A stretch of DNA of 50,429 nt from Thermoplasmata archaeon (lineage in GTDB: Archaea > Thermoplasmatota > Thermoplasmata > Lutacidiplasmatales > UBA184). Positions 50,221-50,429 of the stretch are shown in pieces. Under the pieces are notes generated by a model. It was given only the letters and a program-made list of their open reading frames with translations. It had not been told where the DNA came from and ran no database searches. The translations under genes and the position numbers were made by a program. The first letter of the stretch is position 1, and every line of letters starts with the position of its first letter. Location: assembly GCA_035624925.1 (NCBI GenBank), contig DASPQN010000061.1, positions 1 to 50,429 on the forward strand. Reading direction: 5' to 3'.

Positions 50221-50429
50221 ATGCGCGGCTCGAACCCGTCCGCGGGGACCGCGAAGACCCTGATCCTCGTCGGCCTGATCCTCGACATCATCTTCGAGGT
50301 CATCCTCGTGGGCGTCGGCGCCCTGTTCTTGATCGTTCCGTTCCTCGGCGCGATCATCCTGGGATTCGCGCTGATCGGCTTCGTTTGGATCGCGCTCATC
50401 TGGGTCTTCTCCTACCAACGCGTGAACGA
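50221..50429 (+). CDS. small/unknown membrane protein, N-terminal part only (runs off the right edge)
   Basis: ATG 50221, open to the window end. MRGSNPSAGTAKTLILVGLILDIIFEVILVGVGALFLIVPFLGAIILGFALIGFVWIALIWVFSYQRVN. Near-uniform G/C third positions and two or three TM helices. Not in the ORF track because there is no stop. Confidence 0.5.
   Translation, partial: MRGSNPSAGTAKTLILVGLILDIIFEVILVGVGALFLIVPFLGAIILGFALIGFVWIALIWVFSYQRVN

Noticed and set aside
1-50429. Mobile elements, prophage, integrative island or compositional island.
   Set aside because: I recognised no integrase, transposase, terminal inverted repeats or tRNA-flanked direct repeats. Codon bias looks uniform across the window. 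The tRNA genes are not adjacent to recombinase genes.

Overview
Very GC-rich, gene-dense archaeal chromosomal segment; G/C sits at nearly every third codon position of the real genes. I call about 50 protein genes and 4 tRNAs. I found no rRNA, CRISPR array, transposase or integrase. The archaeal assignment rests on the conserved block rpoE(Rpo7)-spt4-DUF359 dephospho-CoA kinase-S24e-S27ae (38386-40462) plus RpoL, TFS, Alba, KptA, type II GAPDH, archaeal-type ProRS, DUF373 and a Hef-like helicase. A high-GC Thermoplasmatota-like euryarchaeon is only my guess. Metabolic content is respiratory and heterotrophic: UbiD/UbiA pair, MenG/UbiE methyltransferase, heme O synthase, acyl-CoA dehydrogenase, glutamate dehydrogenase, aldehyde dehydrogenase, fumarase/aspartase, PurD and ThiL. 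Many of the longest ORFs in the track are R/P/G-rich mirror frames of real genes, or fusions of a real gene with upstream junk. I trimmed starts using GTG/ATG codons, 4-nt overlaps and a recurring TATA-like element about 24-32 nt upstream of start codons, which implies mostly leaderless mRNAs. Items worth a second look: (1) an orphan 12-TM, histidine-bearing membrane protein directly upstream of heme O synthase; (2) a tight 4-gene string of WH-TPR protein, AAA_16 (STAND-like) ATPase-WH-TPR paralog, MenG/UbiE and aminotransferase; (3) a class III nucleotidyl cyclase-TolB_N-like-TPR protein in an archaeal context; (4) a tRNA-Asn with a ~32-nt insertion in the T-loop, a non-canonical intron position; (5) a prenyltransferase/terpene-cyclase-like gene whose conserved-looking N-terminus has no start codon and seems broken at a G6 run; (6) A/P/K/E-rich low-complexity tails or repeats on S24e, Rpo7, Alba and a GNAT. 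All functional calls come from motif recognition by eye; no searches were run.
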